The notes beneath the pieces were generated by a model, which was not told the DNA's origin, made no database searches, and saw only the letters and a list, made by a program, of their open reading frames with translations. Shown here in pieces: positions 48,541 to 57,405 of a stretch of 64,000 nt of DNA. The stretch lies in the IMG/VR virus record IMGVR_UViG_3300024255_000004. One strand, given 5' to 3'. This stretch comes from a virus. Position 1 is the stretch's first letter; every line of letters begins with the position of its first letter. The position numbers and the translations under genes are program-made.

Positions 48541-49143
48541 ATGAAAAATATACTATTAGGACTATTAGTCCTATCAACGTCTGCATTTGCAGATGTAAAT
48601 GGAAGCATAGGTTATTCAAGTGACTATATGTGGAGAGGTGCAACTCAATCAGCAGGTGCATCATCATTAAACGCAGGTATCGAATTGGATTCTAACGGAT
48701 TCTTTGTTGGTGCATGGGTTGGTGAAGTAGATTTCGGAGACGAAGCTACACAAGAGAGAGACCTATATCTAGGATATAATCTAGGTGTTATGGACAATTT
48801 AGATGTCCAATTAGGTGTCATTCAGTATCGTTATGACAAAGGTGATTACGATACAGTAGAAGAGGGATTTGTAAAGGTTAGATATAACAATCTAAAAGTT
48901 GCATATTACTTGGATACGGATACTGAAAATGACTATGCACACATATCATATGACTTGTGGTTCATAGATGCACTTGACGTATCTCTCGGATATGGATATC
49001 ATGATGAAGATAATGATTTTTCAGCATTGTTATTGTCCAAAGATATCAATGACTTTACACTAGGTGCATTGATTATGTTAGACGAAGCATTTGAGAATCA
49101 AACAACTGATTCAATATCTTTTCATTTATCTTATAATTTCTAA
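48541..49143 (+). CDS. TorF/Gcw_chp-like outer-membrane beta-barrel
   Basis: Signal peptide, SSDYMWRGATQS, GFFVGAW, E.DLYLGY, C-terminal YNF. Confidence 0.82.
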   Translation: MKNILLGLLVLSTSAFADVNGSIGYSSDYMWRGATQSAGASSLNAGIELDSNGFFVGAWVGEVDFGDEATQERDLYLGYNLGVMDNLDVQLGVIQYRYDKGDYDTVEEGFVKVRYNNLKVAYYLDTDTENDYAHISYDLWFIDALDVSLGYGYHDEDNDFSALLLSKDINDFTLGALIMLDEAFENQTTDSISFHLSYNF

Positions 49144-49151
49144 GATAGTTC

Positions 49152-49889
49152 ATGTTTGGGATACGTAATAAAAAGACCCGAGAGATTCTTGCGTTTTTTA
49201 TGCATATCCCAAAGACTTCGGGGTCTCACATTATTCAACAAATACAAGATTCAAGTGATGATTATGATATTATCAATATACGAATGATGTATGATGAGGA
49301 TAATGGTGAACTCCGAAAGTCTATTGGTGGTCATGCAGACCCACGTCATGAACACTTTCCAATAGAGAACCATGCACACCTTACACTAGACCAAGCATTT
49401 TGTCTCTATCCCAAATTAAAAGAATACATAAACACCAATAATATAGACGTGTTTACTATTATCCGTGACCCTTATGAAAGATTTGTATCACAAGTCAGAT
49501 TCATTCCGTCACTCATGATATCAGATTTCGATAGAAGAGGTGAGAATAAGAATCTCTTAGAACGATTGGATTCACATTGGTTTCATTTTTACTACACCAA
49601 TCTGATATTTGAACCCCAGTGGAAATGGTGTTATGAGAATTCCAATGACGAGAATCCATATACTAGAATCATTCGACTGGACGAAGTCAAAGACACTATA
49701 TATGAAGTGACCAAAGGTTTTGACGTTGACTTCTCAAAAAACACATGGTCAAACGAAGAGGTAAACTCAGAGATAGGTGAGGTTCCTTTTAATATTCCCA
49801 AGTTCACACTGGACGAAGGGACTAAACATTTTGTGAAGTGGTTATATAAAGACGACTTCCGACTATTATTCGCTGGTATAGCTCAGTAG
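49152..49889 (+). CDS. sulfotransferase family protein
   Basis: FMHIPKTSGS, IRDPYERFVS, LYKDDF. Confidence 0.85.
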   Translation: MFGIRNKKTREILAFFMHIPKTSGSHIIQQIQDSSDDYDIINIRMMYDEDNGELRKSIGGHADPRHEHFPIENHAHLTLDQAFCLYPKLKEYINTNNIDVFTIIRDPYERFVSQVRFIPSLMISDFDRRGENKNLLERLDSHWFHFYYTNLIFEPQWKWCYENSNDENPYTRIIRLDEVKDTIYEVTKGFDVDFSKNTWSNEEVNSEIGEVPFNIPKFTLDEGTKHFVKWLYKDDFRLLFAGIAQ

Positions 49890-49947
49890 GTAGAGCAACT
49901 GATTTGTAATCAGTAGGTCGTCAGTTCGAACCCGACTACCAGCACCA
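49872..49947 (+). tRNA. tRNA-Thr(UGU)
   Basis: GCTGGTA/TACCAGC, ACTGA-TTTGTAA-TCAGT, CCA; one A-C mismatch in the T stem. Confidence 0.93.
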
Positions 49948-49958
49948 TTTTAGAATTA

Positions 49959-50033
49959 GGTCTGTTAGTATATCGGTGAGTATGCCTCCCTGTCACGGAG
50001 GAGAGAGGGGTTCGATTCCCCTACAGACCGCCA
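49959..50033 (+). tRNA. tRNA-Asp(GUC)
   Basis: GGTCTGT/ACAGACC, CCTCC-CTGTCAC-GGAGG, GGTTCGATT, CCA. Confidence 0.93.
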
Positions 50034-50165
50034 ATTTTGTATTTGTATAAATACAATTGTGTCACCCAATTGACACATAAACGAAACAATTAAGTCACAA
50101 AGACTAAGTAGGTAAAATACCGAAGTGCAGTTGATGGAACGTTTCAACAACAACAGGAGATAACA

Positions 50166-50276
50166 ATGCAACATTACGCATCATTGTCTGCCAAGTTTCT
50201 AAAGAGCTTATCAGACAACTTTAATGTGATGATGAAGAGTGGACGACTTGATAAAGTTGTGAACATTATTCAATAA
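50166..50276 (+). CDS. 36-aa peptide after a structured leader
   Basis: AGGAG RBS; MQHYASLSAKFLKSLS... Confidence 0.55.
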   Translation: MQHYASLSAKFLKSLSDNFNVMMKSGRLDKVVNIIQ

Positions 50277-50317
50277 ATCACTTGACAAAACCCATGTATT
50301 GGTAGTATAATAAATAC

Positions 50318-50650
50318 ATGGGTTTTTTAAATTTAAGTAGTTCTATTCGTTATTCACCACATGGGAAAAAACGTAAGACGAAAGCCTTTAAAAACACTAA
50401 ATATAAACGATTGATTGCAGAACAACAAATTCAATATGACCTAGTGATTCAATCAATCAAAGAAGAGGAACGTATACCTTCATACATAGGAACTTCAACA
50501 GGTGATATCACACCTAAAAGAGAACCTATGCAATATACAGGTGAACGTAAACTCTTAGGAATCGCAACCATGCATAAGTCGAATATGGTGCCTATCTTCG
50601 AAGAGGATAAACAACATGCAATCGACATTGCACGAATGCGAAGAAATTAA
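50318..50650 (+). CDS. phage hypothetical protein
   Basis: YTGERKLLGIATMHKSNMVPIF; promoter TTGACA-N18-TATAAT at 50282-50311. Confidence 0.75.
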   Translation: MGFLNLSSSIRYSPHGKKRKTKAFKNTKYKRLIAEQQIQYDLVIQSIKEEERIPSYIGTSTGDITPKREPMQYTGERKLLGIATMHKSNMVPIFEEDKQHAIDIARMRRN

Positions 50651-50678
50651 ACATTATAATATATTAGGAGATTATATT

Positions 50679-51569
50679 ATGCCTATGGAAATGGTAGTTG
50701 TTAAAACAAAAGACAACGAATTAACAAGTGAACAATTTAAAACATTCTTAACAGGTGTTAGCCGTCAAAGAATCATTGAACCCAATGAAGACGGAATACC
50801 TTTGTATAGACTCAACGTATATACAGACGACCCAACAGGAATTCCCGACAGAGAAGACGTAAGAATTATACCCTTCTTTGCAAAAGAATCCGATAAGATA
50901 ACCGACAGTGCATACAGAAAACTAGATATCTTCGACAATGAGAGTTTATTTGGTGAAGGGACGAAGACTTGTCTTGTTGACCCACGTGTCCATATGTGTG
51001 ACTTTGCGATGTCAGAACTTGCAAAAGGTATTCCCGACCAAGGGACAACCCATGAAACACACTTTACGTTTACTGCAGAAGAAGAACAAAGTGTCAAAGA
51101 CAACAAGACACTCTTTATAACCCAAGGTGAAGACTGGTGGTCACAAACTAAGACTTCTGTATATTCACCAGCACTTACCTGTTTTGTGCAAGGTGGTTGG
51201 AAGTTCCTCAAAGAAGAATTCCTTAAAGACCCAGTCGGTATCCAAACAGAATATCCTGGCGAGGACGGATTCCAACGTTGGTTAGAGACATTTATTGACA
51301 ATACAAGAATCATGCCATTACCATTACCTAAAGGTGTATTGAGTGCATATACTACACATGACCACCCAAGGAATCTCATATTGAACGACCTATTTGAAAC
51401 AGAAGTCAGACCTTCATGGACTGAATGGCGTGGAATGGGTGGTGAAGAAGAAGGACGACTCTTTGATTTCGGTCATGAATACAGAACCCTCAGTAAACAT
51501 GTATCCTTTCTCCTAGTTGAGGGAGACACACCACACGAGGACGAGTGGTTAGACCTATGGGTGATATAA
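50679..51569 (+). CDS. hypothetical protein
   Basis: AGGAG RBS; long ORF. Confidence 0.7.
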   Translation: MPMEMVVVKTKDNELTSEQFKTFLTGVSRQRIIEPNEDGIPLYRLNVYTDDPTGIPDREDVRIIPFFAKESDKITDSAYRKLDIFDNESLFGEGTKTCLVDPRVHMCDFAMSELAKGIPDQGTTHETHFTFTAEEEQSVKDNKTLFITQGEDWWSQTKTSVYSPALTCFVQGGWKFLKEEFLKDPVGIQTEYPGEDGFQRWLETFIDNTRIMPLPLPKGVLSAYTTHDHPRNLILNDLFETEVRPSWTEWRGMGGEEEGRLFDFGHEYRTLSKHVSFLLVEGDTPHEDEWLDLWVI

Positions 51570-52168
51570 GTAAAGGTCACAACCAAAGACTCTTATATAA
51601 TATACCCAACTTTCTCACACCACAAGACTCCGACCATATAAAGGAGTATATTTACCATATAGAGAAAGACATACTGGAACTTCCCGAACAAGTAAATCCT
51701 TACTATTCGGGAACAACCAGTCGCCATGGGCAATACAACTTCTTTGAACAAGTCGAAGAGTCATTGAATATCCCATTAGGTGAATACGTCAGAGATTGCA
51801 TATACGACTTCTTTCCCGAAGACACAGACGAGATTTGGGTCAAGTCATGGTGCAACTGTTTACACACACGAGAGGAAATTCCTATACACTTCCATGGTTT
51901 CGATATGGACACCGACACCCATGACTTTATCAGTGGCAACATATTCCTCTCCAATAACAACCAACCCAACCCATGGTATACACATTACGAGACCTACGGG
52001 GATATAATCAACGAACAAGGAACACTCAGTATCATTTCAAGCTATCAACCTCATGCAGTTCCCCCAAACCACCTAAACGAGAATAGATACTCATGTGCAT
52101 TTGACGTGTATATGAATAACGAACCCGAAAACATAGACACGGACATGTATACCCATTATGTCAAGTAA
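51557..52168 (+). CDS. 2OG-Fe(II) oxygenase-like protein
   Basis: SWCN, IHFH, ISGNIF, HAV, RYSCAFD. Confidence 0.72.
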   Translation: MGDISKGHNQRLLYNIPNFLTPQDSDHIKEYIYHIEKDILELPEQVNPYYSGTTSRHGQYNFFEQVEESLNIPLGEYVRDCIYDFFPEDTDEIWVKSWCNCLHTREEIPIHFHGFDMDTDTHDFISGNIFLSNNNQPNPWYTHYETYGDIINEQGTLSIISSYQPHAVPPNHLNENRYSCAFDVYMNNEPENIDTDMYTHYVK

Positions 52169-52391
52169 ATCACGTAGAATACACAAAGAAACTGCAACCA
52201 CTGTCTTTACAGGACTTCTCATAAACTATCCATTGAATCTATTAGGGTTGTTCATATGCATAGACAAACTCGGTATGACTTCGAGTGTGCAGATAGGGAC
52301 GACTATTACTGCGTGGATGACGATTATTGCATATACACGTGTCTATATCATTCGAAGACACTTCTACAATACACAAAACACTGTAAAATAG
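52158..52391 (+). CDS. small 2-TM protein
   Basis: ET...VFTGLLIN, AYTRVYIIRRHF. Confidence 0.7.
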   Translation: MSSKSRRIHKETATTVFTGLLINYPLNLLGLFICIDKLGMTSSVQIGTTITAWMTIIAYTRVYIIRRHFYNTQNTVK

Positions 52392-52599
52392 GGACTTTCG
52401 AAGGGTTCCGAATATAATCAGAAGGGATTAGTGGGCGTTCTGAATATAATGTGTGTAGAAGTGTGTCAAAGTGTGTAATAATAATGGTGATTTTGTGTAT
52501 GGTGAGAATCGGTAATAAACGGGGTTTAGTCGGTGTTGTTCGGAGACCTTAACCACATATTTAGTTGGGAGTCAAAGAGCCTGCGAACCCCTTTGCTGT

Positions 52600-52683
52600 A
52601 AGGGTTTCAGAGCACCCCTCTCAGCACACACCCATATAACCCCCTCCCCGCAAACCCAAGCACAGCAAGGGTTTCAGAGCACC
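52600..52683. repeat. 17-bp direct repeat AAGGGTTTCAGAGCACC, two copies
   Basis: Copies at 52600-52616 and 52667-52683 in a non-coding region. Confidence 0.85.
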
Positions 52684-52713
52684 TCAGAGAAACACTCTGC
52701 ACGTCTCTGAGAC

Positions 52714-52743
52714 TTGACAATAGGTCTCACTTTTTGTTATACT
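52714..52743 (+). promoter_or_regulatory. TTGACA-N18-TATACT promoter, near-identical copy of the 42007 promoter
   Basis: CTTGACAATAGGT(G/C)TCACTTTTTGTTATACTATGTCTATAATG shared by both. Confidence 0.85.
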
Positions 52744-52776
52744 ATGTCTATAATGGAGAAACACAAAGGAGACATT

Positions 52777-52872
52777 ATGAAGACATTAAAGAAACACGGA
52801 CTATTAGACACGGACTTCCTTCAAGGGATTGCAGTGTTCATACTCCCTATAGTAATAAAGGTTATATCATAA
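52777..52872 (+). CDS. 31-aa peptide (not in ORF track)
   Basis: AGGAG RBS; TAATG coupling to the next ORF. Confidence 0.55.
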   Translation: MKTLKKHGLLDTDFLQGIAVFILPIVIKVIS

Positions 52873-53051
52873 TGGCGATTAACAATGCAACCTACCCCCC
52901 TATAGAACCTGAATATAGACTGCAGAATGATACTAAGGTAGCTGCATGTAGATACTATGTTAACAGGTATGAGAAACATGTCCTTGAGTGGGAACATGAC
53001 GAGTATACACAGGTAGAGATTAATAACATAATAACGGAGGTAATCAACTAA
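52872..53051 (+). CDS. small hypothetical protein
   Basis: MAINNATYPP; coupled. Confidence 0.55.
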   Translation: MAINNATYPPIEPEYRLQNDTKVAACRYYVNRYEKHVLEWEHDEYTQVEINNIITEVIN

Positions 53052-53179
53052 TGAATTACTATAAGTTAATGATTGGTAGTATTGTGTATATCTATGATAA
53101 TGAGAGAGAAGCTCGTAAAGCCTTTCATAGTGCAGTGTCAGTATATGGACATGGAAACGTAGAGGTTGCATATGTATAA
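53051..53179 (+). CDS. 42-aa peptide (not in ORF track)
   Basis: GGAGG RBS; coupled. Confidence 0.55.
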   Translation: MNYYKLMIGSIVYIYDNEREARKAFHSAVSVYGHGNVEVAYV

Positions 53180-53384
53180 TGGAATCAAAGGAATCCACCT
53201 AGCCACCAATACACCCATACAGATTGACTTGACAGAACAAGAAATGTCGTATGCAGTGGATAAGGTTGTGGATAACTGGGAACGTATGTGTCAGTCAGTA
53301 AAGAAACGAACAGGTATTACTATTATTGGTCAGATTCAAATAGACTATATGGTAATCGGTGGTAAAGAACATGTTTTCCACTAG
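53172..53384 (+). CDS. hypothetical protein
   Basis: GAGG RBS; MYNGIKG. Confidence 0.6.
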   Translation: MYNGIKGIHLATNTPIQIDLTEQEMSYAVDKVVDNWERMCQSVKKRTGITIIGQIQIDYMVIGGKEHVFH

Positions 53385-53899
53385 ACAGAGAGCCTCTTAT
53401 AGTGTATAATGAATGTATAAGAACCAAACTACTATACAGTCGGGGATTCTTATAAGTTCGACTAGGGAAGGACTTTCATTATGTAGACAGTGAAGTCCCT
53501 AGGGTTATCTACCGAGAAGGTCAGAGTGGCATGAGAGAGACCACTAACCTATTACAGGGCTTGACAATAGGTATCAGAAAATGATATACTATAATGGGAG
53601 AGTCTTGTCTGAATTCCTCCGAGGGCCTTAGAGACGTTCTAAGACGTTCAGAGGGGTTCAGAGGTATATCGGATAGGGTCACCACGGAAAACCTCAGAGA
53701 ACAGTGCTGTGGGACTCCTAGGTCAAATAGTTGTGGAGTCAACCCCCCCTCAAATAGTTAACGGAGATATTATTAAAACCATGATAAAATTTTTTCGGGG
53801 TATTTTTAAGACCCTCAGCCTTTTATACCTAATATTTCTAATCACACTTTTATGGTTTTTAGTCTATGCACTTTCATGGACTTATGTTATAATATCACT

Positions 53900-54055
53900 A
53901 TGAGTAGAATAGAGGTTGCAATCAATTTAATTAAAGAACTCACTGAACTGGTGAGCAAACAACAAGACTCTATTGAGAAACTCCAAGAACAGATAAACCT
54001 ATTAAGACGTATGGGAATAACTATACACCCACCTACTAGATACTTTGATGAATAA
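53900..54055 (+). CDS. small coiled-coil protein
   Basis: TGTTATAAT 6 nt before the ATG. Confidence 0.55.
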   Translation: MSRIEVAINLIKELTELVSKQQDSIEKLQEQINLLRRMGITIHPPTRYFDE

Positions 54056-54899
54056 GATAGAATATACCCCTATACATTGTGAAGATAATATACACTTTAA
54101 ACGTGAGGACTTATATGCACCCTATGGTGAAGACTTTATATCGGGTGGTAAAATCAGACAGTGTAGAGACCTTGTTGAACGGAACTTAGATTATATTCGG
54201 GAGTCATGTGGGTCTACCATTGCGACCGCAGCGAGTATTCATTCACCACAAAGTCCTATTGTTGCAAGGGTAGCGAAGGAGTTTGACTTGAACTGTATTA
54301 TAGGGTTTGGGAATACCACTGTTGAGAAGTCTTTGAAACAGATACCCATGCAGTGGTGTCATGAGTTGGGTGCAGAACTCGTAGTCTTATCAGAGTCACA
54401 AGGGTTTAATAATGTGTTATATTCGAACCTGAATAAATTACAACAGACACGACCTTTCTTTCCTATACTCTTTGGGTATGCAGCTCAGACCCACCGAGAG
54501 AGTATTGTTGAACGTATCTCTGAACAGGTGCAGAACATACCCCCGAATATCCGTGTCTTGTATGTTCCAGTCGGGTCGGGTGTCACCTTAGCAGGTGTCT
54601 TAGAAGGTCGTAGGAAGTATGGTGGAGACTATGAGATAGTAGGACTCCAACCCTTTGGTTATGACCGAGTAGGGACAGTGACAGGGATTTGTGAGGGTAT
54701 GCAATTTGAATACGACTATGAGTTTCGTAAAGGTGCTTATCCTTATGCAAAACTCCACCCTCGTAATGTGGGGTCTATCGAATTGGATATGATATACGAG
54801 TCTAAGGCGTTCGATATGGTGGATTGGAAAAAAGATAATACGGAGTGTTATTGGATTATCGGTAATACAAATAAATTAAGGAAAGGTTATAATGGTTAA
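54045..54899 (+). CDS. PLP-dependent fold-type II enzyme (ACC deaminase/D-cysteine desulfhydrase-like)
   Basis: FKREDL, GGKIR, SPQ, VPVGSGVTLAGV, LDMIYESK. Confidence 0.82.
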   Translation: MMNKIEYTPIHCEDNIHFKREDLYAPYGEDFISGGKIRQCRDLVERNLDYIRESCGSTIATAASIHSPQSPIVARVAKEFDLNCIIGFGNTTVEKSLKQIPMQWCHELGAELVVLSESQGFNNVLYSNLNKLQQTRPFFPILFGYAAQTHRESIVERISEQVQNIPPNIRVLYVPVGSGVTLAGVLEGRRKYGGDYEIVGLQPFGYDRVGTVTGICEGMQFEYDYEFRKGAYPYAKLHPRNVGSIELDMIYESKAFDMVDWKKDNTECYWIIGNTNKLRKGYNG

Positions 54900-55188
54900 A
54901 GAAGTGTTTGATAAAAAAGAATTAGAGAATAGTAATAGAATATTTAAATCTGCAACCCCTAAATATACATTAGATTGGTATGTGAAATGGGTTGCAAGTT
55001 TCTTTATATTAATCTCTATGAGTATGCGAGGTATTGAGGGTTTACAATTTATAGACCTCTGTTTCTCGTTGATTGGTGTCACGGGTTGGTGTATAGTAGG
55101 TGTCCTATGGAAAGATAGAGCACTCATACTATTAAACGGGGTCGGTGTTGCACTGTTATTAAGAACTTTATTTGGAACAATCGTATGA
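54892..55188 (+). CDS. DUF6552-like membrane protein
   Basis: DWYVKWVAS, GW..VG.LWKDRALILLN. Confidence 0.75.
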   Translation: MVKEVFDKKELENSNRIFKSATPKYTLDWYVKWVASFFILISMSMRGIEGLQFIDLCFSLIGVTGWCIVGVLWKDRALILLNGVGVALLLRTLFGTIV

Positions 55189-55373
55189 ACGAATTAATAT
55201 TATTACCTTGGACAACTTTTAAATATATATTTTCATTTCTTTTTTGGGGATTATTATTTTTTTCACTTCATTACCAGTGGAAGAAACACGATTGCACCGA
55301 ATGGACACTGGGTAAACTCAAACAAAGGAACCAAATTAAGAAAGAAGATAAACCCGAGGACTATATAGTATAA
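55185..55373 (+). CDS. small membrane protein
   Basis: Coupled ORF with TM. Confidence 0.6.
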   Translation: MNELILLPWTTFKYIFSFLFWGLLFFSLHYQWKKHDCTEWTLGKLKQRNQIKKEDKPEDYIV

Positions 55374-55561
55374 TGGAAACGGATTTATTACTCATACACT
55401 TGGTCTTTATTGGTGCATGTGTCTTTTTTTCTTACCGCTCAGGATTTAAAGAAGGGAAAAGACGTTTATTCGAAGAACTCACCCACGAAATTATTGACCT
55501 ACAAGAGGTTAACGCTGCAATCAAAGAGAAAATTGCACAAAAAAAGAAAACAGAATCTTAA
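55373..55561 (+). CDS. small membrane protein
   Basis: Coupled ORF with TM. Confidence 0.6.
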   Translation: METDLLLIHLVFIGACVFFSYRSGFKEGKRRLFEELTHEIIDLQEVNAAIKEKIAQKKKTES

Positions 55562-55576
55562 ACAACGGAATATATT

Positions 55577-56800
55577 ATGAAAATCATTGGAATTAATTCA
55601 AGCCACGACACTTCCTTGTGTCAATACGATACTGAGACTGGTATTTTAGAATTCATGCACGAAGAAGAACGTTTCAGACGTGAAAAATACTGGACACCAA
55701 CCGCAGTGCAACAAGGTGACGAGGGTTTTGAGACAACCTACCCCGACCAACTCCAGTGTATTCACAAAGGTGGTGTAGAGACACCCGATAAACTGGTCAT
55801 GGCAAGTTTTGACAGACGTAATGTCGAACTTAAAATAAACAATCAGAAATTAATGGAAGACAGAATGTTGTCTATTGAAGTTGCAGACTATGTTCGTAGT
55901 GAACCTATGACCAATCAAAGGTTAGAAGACTTTTGTGAGAAGTTTGGTGAGTTTGGTGTCGTTGACGGAATCGGTTATGGTGGTGAACACATAGAGGAAT
56001 ATATTCATGACGGGTTCGCAGCACAGTTCGAAGGTGATTTAGAGGATTATTATTTTTGGTTTGAACACCACATGTATCACGCATATTGTGGTTATCACTT
56101 AAGTCCGTATATAGAACAACAAGAAGACGCAATCGCAATCGTCATGGACGGAGGTGGTGCTAGGTTGAACTATGACACTATGGCGGGGTATCAAGAGATT
56201 GAGTCTATCTATAGAATGTCACCCAACCAACCAGCAAAACGTCAATGGGTTCTTAGTTCGAACCACAGATTCTTAGGTGATTTAAAAGGTTCAAACTTTC
56301 CAAATCAACAGGAAGGAACACTGGACTACATGGGTGAGAACCTTACAGAGATTGAAGACGGAGTTATCTATGAGTATACGTCACGTGCGTCCAATGGTAT
56401 GGACTTCAGTAATATGAGTCATGCACTGGGTTGTGACCACCAAGGACGTGCCGCAGGTAAGGTCATGGGTATGGCAAGTTATGGTATTGTTGATTCAGAT
56501 TATAAACGTTTTAATAAATTCTCCATATCACAAGAGTTAGAACTCAATGCATTTGAAGAGACTTGTAAAACAATTCAAAAAGCAATCGACATGAATGTCG
56601 ACTGTAAGAATATAGTATTGAGTGGTGGATACGCACTCAACTGCACGAACAACTACAAATATTTAAGTCGTTTCCCCGAACACCAATTTTACGTAGACCC
56701 TATTCCGCATGACGGAGGAACTGCTTTTGGTGCTTGTATACACTTAGAATATTTAATGAAAACTGGAGAAGAGAATAATGCTACTAACACGGATACATAG
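55577..56800 (+). CDS. carbamoyltransferase (NodU/CmcH) N-terminal Kae1-like domain
   Basis: IIGINSSHD, EEERFRR.K, EHHMYHA, VMDGGG, GKVMGMASYG, LSGGYALNC, PHDGGTAFG. Confidence 0.9.
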   Translation: MKIIGINSSHDTSLCQYDTETGILEFMHEEERFRREKYWTPTAVQQGDEGFETTYPDQLQCIHKGGVETPDKLVMASFDRRNVELKINNQKLMEDRMLSIEVADYVRSEPMTNQRLEDFCEKFGEFGVVDGIGYGGEHIEEYIHDGFAAQFEGDLEDYYFWFEHHMYHAYCGYHLSPYIEQQEDAIAIVMDGGGARLNYDTMAGYQEIESIYRMSPNQPAKRQWVLSSNHRFLGDLKGSNFPNQQEGTLDYMGENLTEIEDGVIYEYTSRASNGMDFSNMSHALGCDHQGRAAGKVMGMASYGIVDSDYKRFNKFSISQELELNAFEETCKTIQKAIDMNVDCKNIVLSGGYALNCTNNYKYLSRFPEHQFYVDPIPHDGGTAFGACIHLEYLMKTGEENNATNTDT

Positions 56801-57392
56801 AAATTTAAAAGACGTTCTAGAAGAGATAATCGAGAACAAACAAATCGTTGGAATGTTTCAGAACTCTTCTGAGTGGGGGCCTCGTGCATTAGGTAATCGT
56901 AGTATTCTCTTTGACCCACGTCACCCACACGCAAAACAAATTGTTAACGAAGTTAAGAAACGTGAAGACTATCGTCCCTTCGCAGGTTCAATCCTTGCAG
57001 AAAGAGCTCATGAGTATTTCGAAATGTTGCAACTTAAAGAATCACCGAACATGTCTTTTGCGATTCAAGCAAAACAAAAAGCATATGACGAGATTCCTTC
57101 ACTGGTTCATGCAGACGGAACATGTCGTATACAGACAGTGACCGAAGAACAGAATCCTAATTATTATAATTTAATTAAAGGGTTTGGTGAATTAACAGGG
57201 ACACCGATTATATTTAATACTTCATTCAACTTAGGTGGTGAATCATTGGTTGAGAATATCTATGACGCAATCTCTACATGTAATCGTTCAGAGATTAATC
57301 ATTTATATATTCCCGAAGACCAAGACATTCATATCCCTTACGAATTAATTGCAGATAAAAGAACGAACTATCCTAAGAAGAAAGACAATTAA
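56778..57392 (+). CDS. carbamoyltransferase C-terminal YrdC-like domain
   Basis: EWGPRALGNRSI, KKREDYRPFA, HADGTCRIQTV, NTSFN. Confidence 0.92.
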   Translation: MLLTRIHRNLKDVLEEIIENKQIVGMFQNSSEWGPRALGNRSILFDPRHPHAKQIVNEVKKREDYRPFAGSILAERAHEYFEMLQLKESPNMSFAIQAKQKAYDEIPSLVHADGTCRIQTVTEEQNPNYYNLIKGFGELTGTPIIFNTSFNLGGESLVENIYDAISTCNRSEINHLYIPEDQDIHIPYELIADKRTNYPKKKDN

Positions 57393-57405
57393 CATAAATA
57401 ACTCT

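Noticed and set aside
52392-52712. Possible CRISPR or mini-array
   Set aside because: Only two 17-bp copies; no regular repeat-spacer series and no cas genes
52734-52871. N-terminal part of the 105-aa track ORF
   Set aside because: It starts within the promoter; better explained by the 52777 peptide and a start at 52872
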